Source of the DNA: an uncultured Verrucomicrobiales bacterium
Lineage (GTDB): Bacteria; Verrucomicrobiota; Verrucomicrobiia; Verrucomicrobiales; Akkermansiaceae
Assembly: GCA_964599325.1 (NCBI GenBank)
Contig: CAZREM010000001.1
Span: 43,587-107,586, forward strand
Direction of reading: 5' to 3'
DNA: 64,000 bases
Made by a program: the position numbers and the translations under genes. Positions 62,357-64,000 of the stretch are shown one piece after another. The first letter of the stretch is position 1; the number at the start of each line of letters is the position of its first letter. The notes below the pieces were generated by a model. That model saw only the letters and a list, made by a program, of their open reading frames with translations. It was not told where the DNA came from and did not search any database.

Positions 62357-64000
62357 GTGGCAGCACGCACCATCCGCCCGGCAACCTATTTGGCCCTTTT
62401 GGAACAACACCCACGATTTAGTGAATGGGTGGAATCATTGCGCCGAGCAGACACCACGCCGCTGACGTTGCAAGGGCTACTGCCTTGTAGCTGCGCATTT
62501 TTTTTGGCCGCATTGCATCGTGCGATGCCGGATCGTTTGCTCTGGGTGCTTCAAGACACACCGCGACTGCGCGAGCGCCTCGCCAACGACTTGTATTTTT
62601 GGCAAGTGCCGCACTGGATCATGCCGGAAGAAAGCCCGGATCGCGATTCCGCCCTGCTTGGCGATCCCGAGCTACAGAGTCAGCGCCTGCAACTCCTGCA
62701 ACAAATCCATCAAAGCCCGCAGGGTGTGTTGCTGCTGAGTCCACACACGCTCAGCAGCCCGGTTCCGGCACAGCGCGAGCTAGAACTGAGCGGTTGTGCT
62801 CTGAGCGAAAACATGCCGCTCGTCCAAGAGCAATTCATCGCGCAGCTCGCCGCCGCGGGTATTGAGCAAGTCCCGTTGGTGGTGCAACGCGGACAATTTG
62901 CCTGTCGTGGTGGCATTGTCGATGTGTTTGATTGGCAATCTCCCCGTCCCCTGCGTTTGGAGTTTTTCGATGACTTGCTTGAATCCCTGCGCCGTTTCGA
63001 TCTGGACTCGCAGCTCAGTGAGGGAAAATGCACCGATGCCCAGCTGGTTCTATGCGAACCACAGGCCACGGCCAGCTTGAGCGATTACCTGCTGCCCGAG
63101 CATCGAGTCATCAGCATGGGAGCCACCGCTAGCCCGCTGACGCCAGTTCATCTTTGCCTAAGCAGTGAAATGGGTGACAACAATCAGCCCACCCTGCAAA
63201 GCCACCCGCATCCACTCGGACACTTCGAGGCGGGTGACTTCGTGGTGCAGGAGGGCAAGCGCCAGATGTTTTTCCAACAACTCCAGCAATGGCGCGAGCA
63301 ACAGTGGCAGGTGCTCATCATCTTCGCCAATCGCGGTGAGGAAGAACGCTTTCGCGAACTTGTCGGCGAGCTCACGGACGTTTCCTACATGCACGGCAAT
63401 CTGGTGGCGGGATTTTTATTGCCTGACATCCGACTCGCGGTGATCTCATCGGCAGAATTGTTTGGTCGTTACCGTCAGGGCACGACGACAACGCAAAATC
63501 TGCTGGTGCGTCACCAAGCAGCGATCACCAACCTCGATGACATTGAGCTGGACGACTTGGTTGTTCACCACGAATACGGCATCGGACGCTTTCGCGGCAT
63601 TCAGCTCAACCACGACGAACAGTGCGAGGAAGTTTGCATCGAATACCGCGATGGTGCCTTACTGAGTGTGCCAATTGAACAAGTGCATCTCATCGCCAAA
63701 TACGTGGGCATGGGTGGAAAAACTCCGGAGCTGAACAAACTGGGCGGCAGTGGCTGGAAAAACACCCGTCGCACTGCCGAGACAGCGATCAAGGATTACG
63801 CCGCGCAGATCCTCAAGATTCAGGCCGAGCGCGCCACTCTGCCCGCCGAACCGCATGCGCCAGATAGCCGCTGGATGTGGGAATTTGAGCAATCCTTCCA
63901 CCACACCGAAACAGCTGATCAGCTGCGCGCCATTGAGGAAACCAAACGCGACATGGAGCTGCCTCGCCCAATGGATCGATTGATCTGCGGTGATGTGGGT
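62357..64000 (+). CDS. mfd: Transcription-repair coupling factor Mfd, N-terminal 548 codons (3' end outside the window)
   Basis: Absent from the ORF track because it is open-ended. Hand translation of the frame with codon starts at 62357+3n gives no stop from 62291 to 64000. UvrB-homology part VQRGQFACRGGIVDVFDWQSPRPLRLEFFDDLLESLRRFD. CarD/RID part VVHHEYGIGRFRGI...IEYRDGALLSVPIEQVHLIAKY...LNKLGGSGWKNT. Helicase entry FEQSFHHTETADQLRAIEETKRDMELPRPMDRLICGDVG. The GTG start at 62357 is provisional. Confidence 0.9.
   Translation, partial: MAARTIRPATYLALLEQHPRFSEWVESLRRADTTPLTLQGLLPCSCAFFLAALHRAMPDRLLWVLQDTPRLRERLANDLYFWQVPHWIMPEESPDRDSALLGDPELQSQRLQLLQQIHQSPQGVLLLSPHTLSSPVPAQRELELSGCALSENMPLVQEQFIAQLAAAGIEQVPLVVQRGQFACRGGIVDVFDWQSPRPLRLEFFDDLLESLRRFDLDSQLSEGKCTDAQLVLCEPQATASLSDYLLPEHRVISMGATASPLTPVHLCLSSEMGDNNQPTLQSHPHPLGHFEAGDFVVQEGKRQMFFQQLQQWREQQWQVLIIFANRGEEERFRELVGELTDVSYMHGNLVAGFLLPDIRLAVISSAELFGRYRQGTTTTQNLLVRHQAAITNLDDIELDDLVVHHEYGIGRFRGIQLNHDEQCEEVCIEYRDGALLSVPIEQVHLIAKYVGMGGKTPELNKLGGSGWKNTRRTAETAIKDYAAQILKIQAERATLPAEPHAPDSRWMWEFEQSFHHTETADQLRAIEETKRDMELPRPMDRLICGDVG

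Noticed and set aside
1-64000. A window-wide search for mobile elements, prophage genes, toxin-antitoxin pairs, restriction-modification, CBASS, retron or other defence modules.
   Set aside because: No transposase, recombinase catalytic domain, reverse transcriptase, methyltransferase, nuclease-NTPase pair or phage structural gene is recognisable in any listed ORF. The only PIN domain is the conserved membrane-anchored YacL-type PIN/TRAM protein, which is not a TA toxin.

Overview
This is a densely coding 64-kb chromosomal segment of about 60 CDS, roughly 50% GC by eye. I found no rRNA, tRNA, CRISPR array, transposase or catalytic integrase gene.

Gene content points to the PVC superphylum, most likely Verrucomicrobiota. 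This is an inference from four things: a PSCyt/PSD1 plus DUF1501 gene pair, a PEP-CTERM-tagged protease, a pseudopilin-secretin locus and a GldAFG-like ABC module with DUF4340.

Most of the window is housekeeping: an UvrD-family helicase, truB, nrnA, an M16 peptidase, a parC-like gene, ctaA, valS, rpoN, nuoF, pyrH, frr, ispE, pgeF and mfd. The mfd gene runs off the right edge and is missing from the ORF track, so I translated it by hand.

No clear defence island or mobile element is visible. The best candidates for poorly described biology are:
1. A tandem pair of small paralogous proteins (6391-6948) that look like stand-alone lambda-Int-type arm DNA-binding domains. A perfect 14-bp palindrome sits just upstream.
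2. A four-gene envelope operon (2934-6121) in which two membrane-anchored zinc-ribbon proteins and a secreted protein surround an Amidase_3 cell-wall amidase.
3. A nine-gene pseudopilin/secretin locus (42045-50352) with three unassignable assembly proteins and no ATPase, platform protein or prepilin peptidase anywhere in the window.
4. An in-frame RpiB-SHMT fusion preceded by a low-molecular-weight phosphatase.
5. A single-repeat PUR-alpha homologue.
6. An HtrA-like fragment with Cys in place of the nucleophilic Ser.

All calls rest on reading motifs in the supplied translations and on hand inspection of the DNA. No searches or computations were run. Start codons were adjusted by eye and are approximate.
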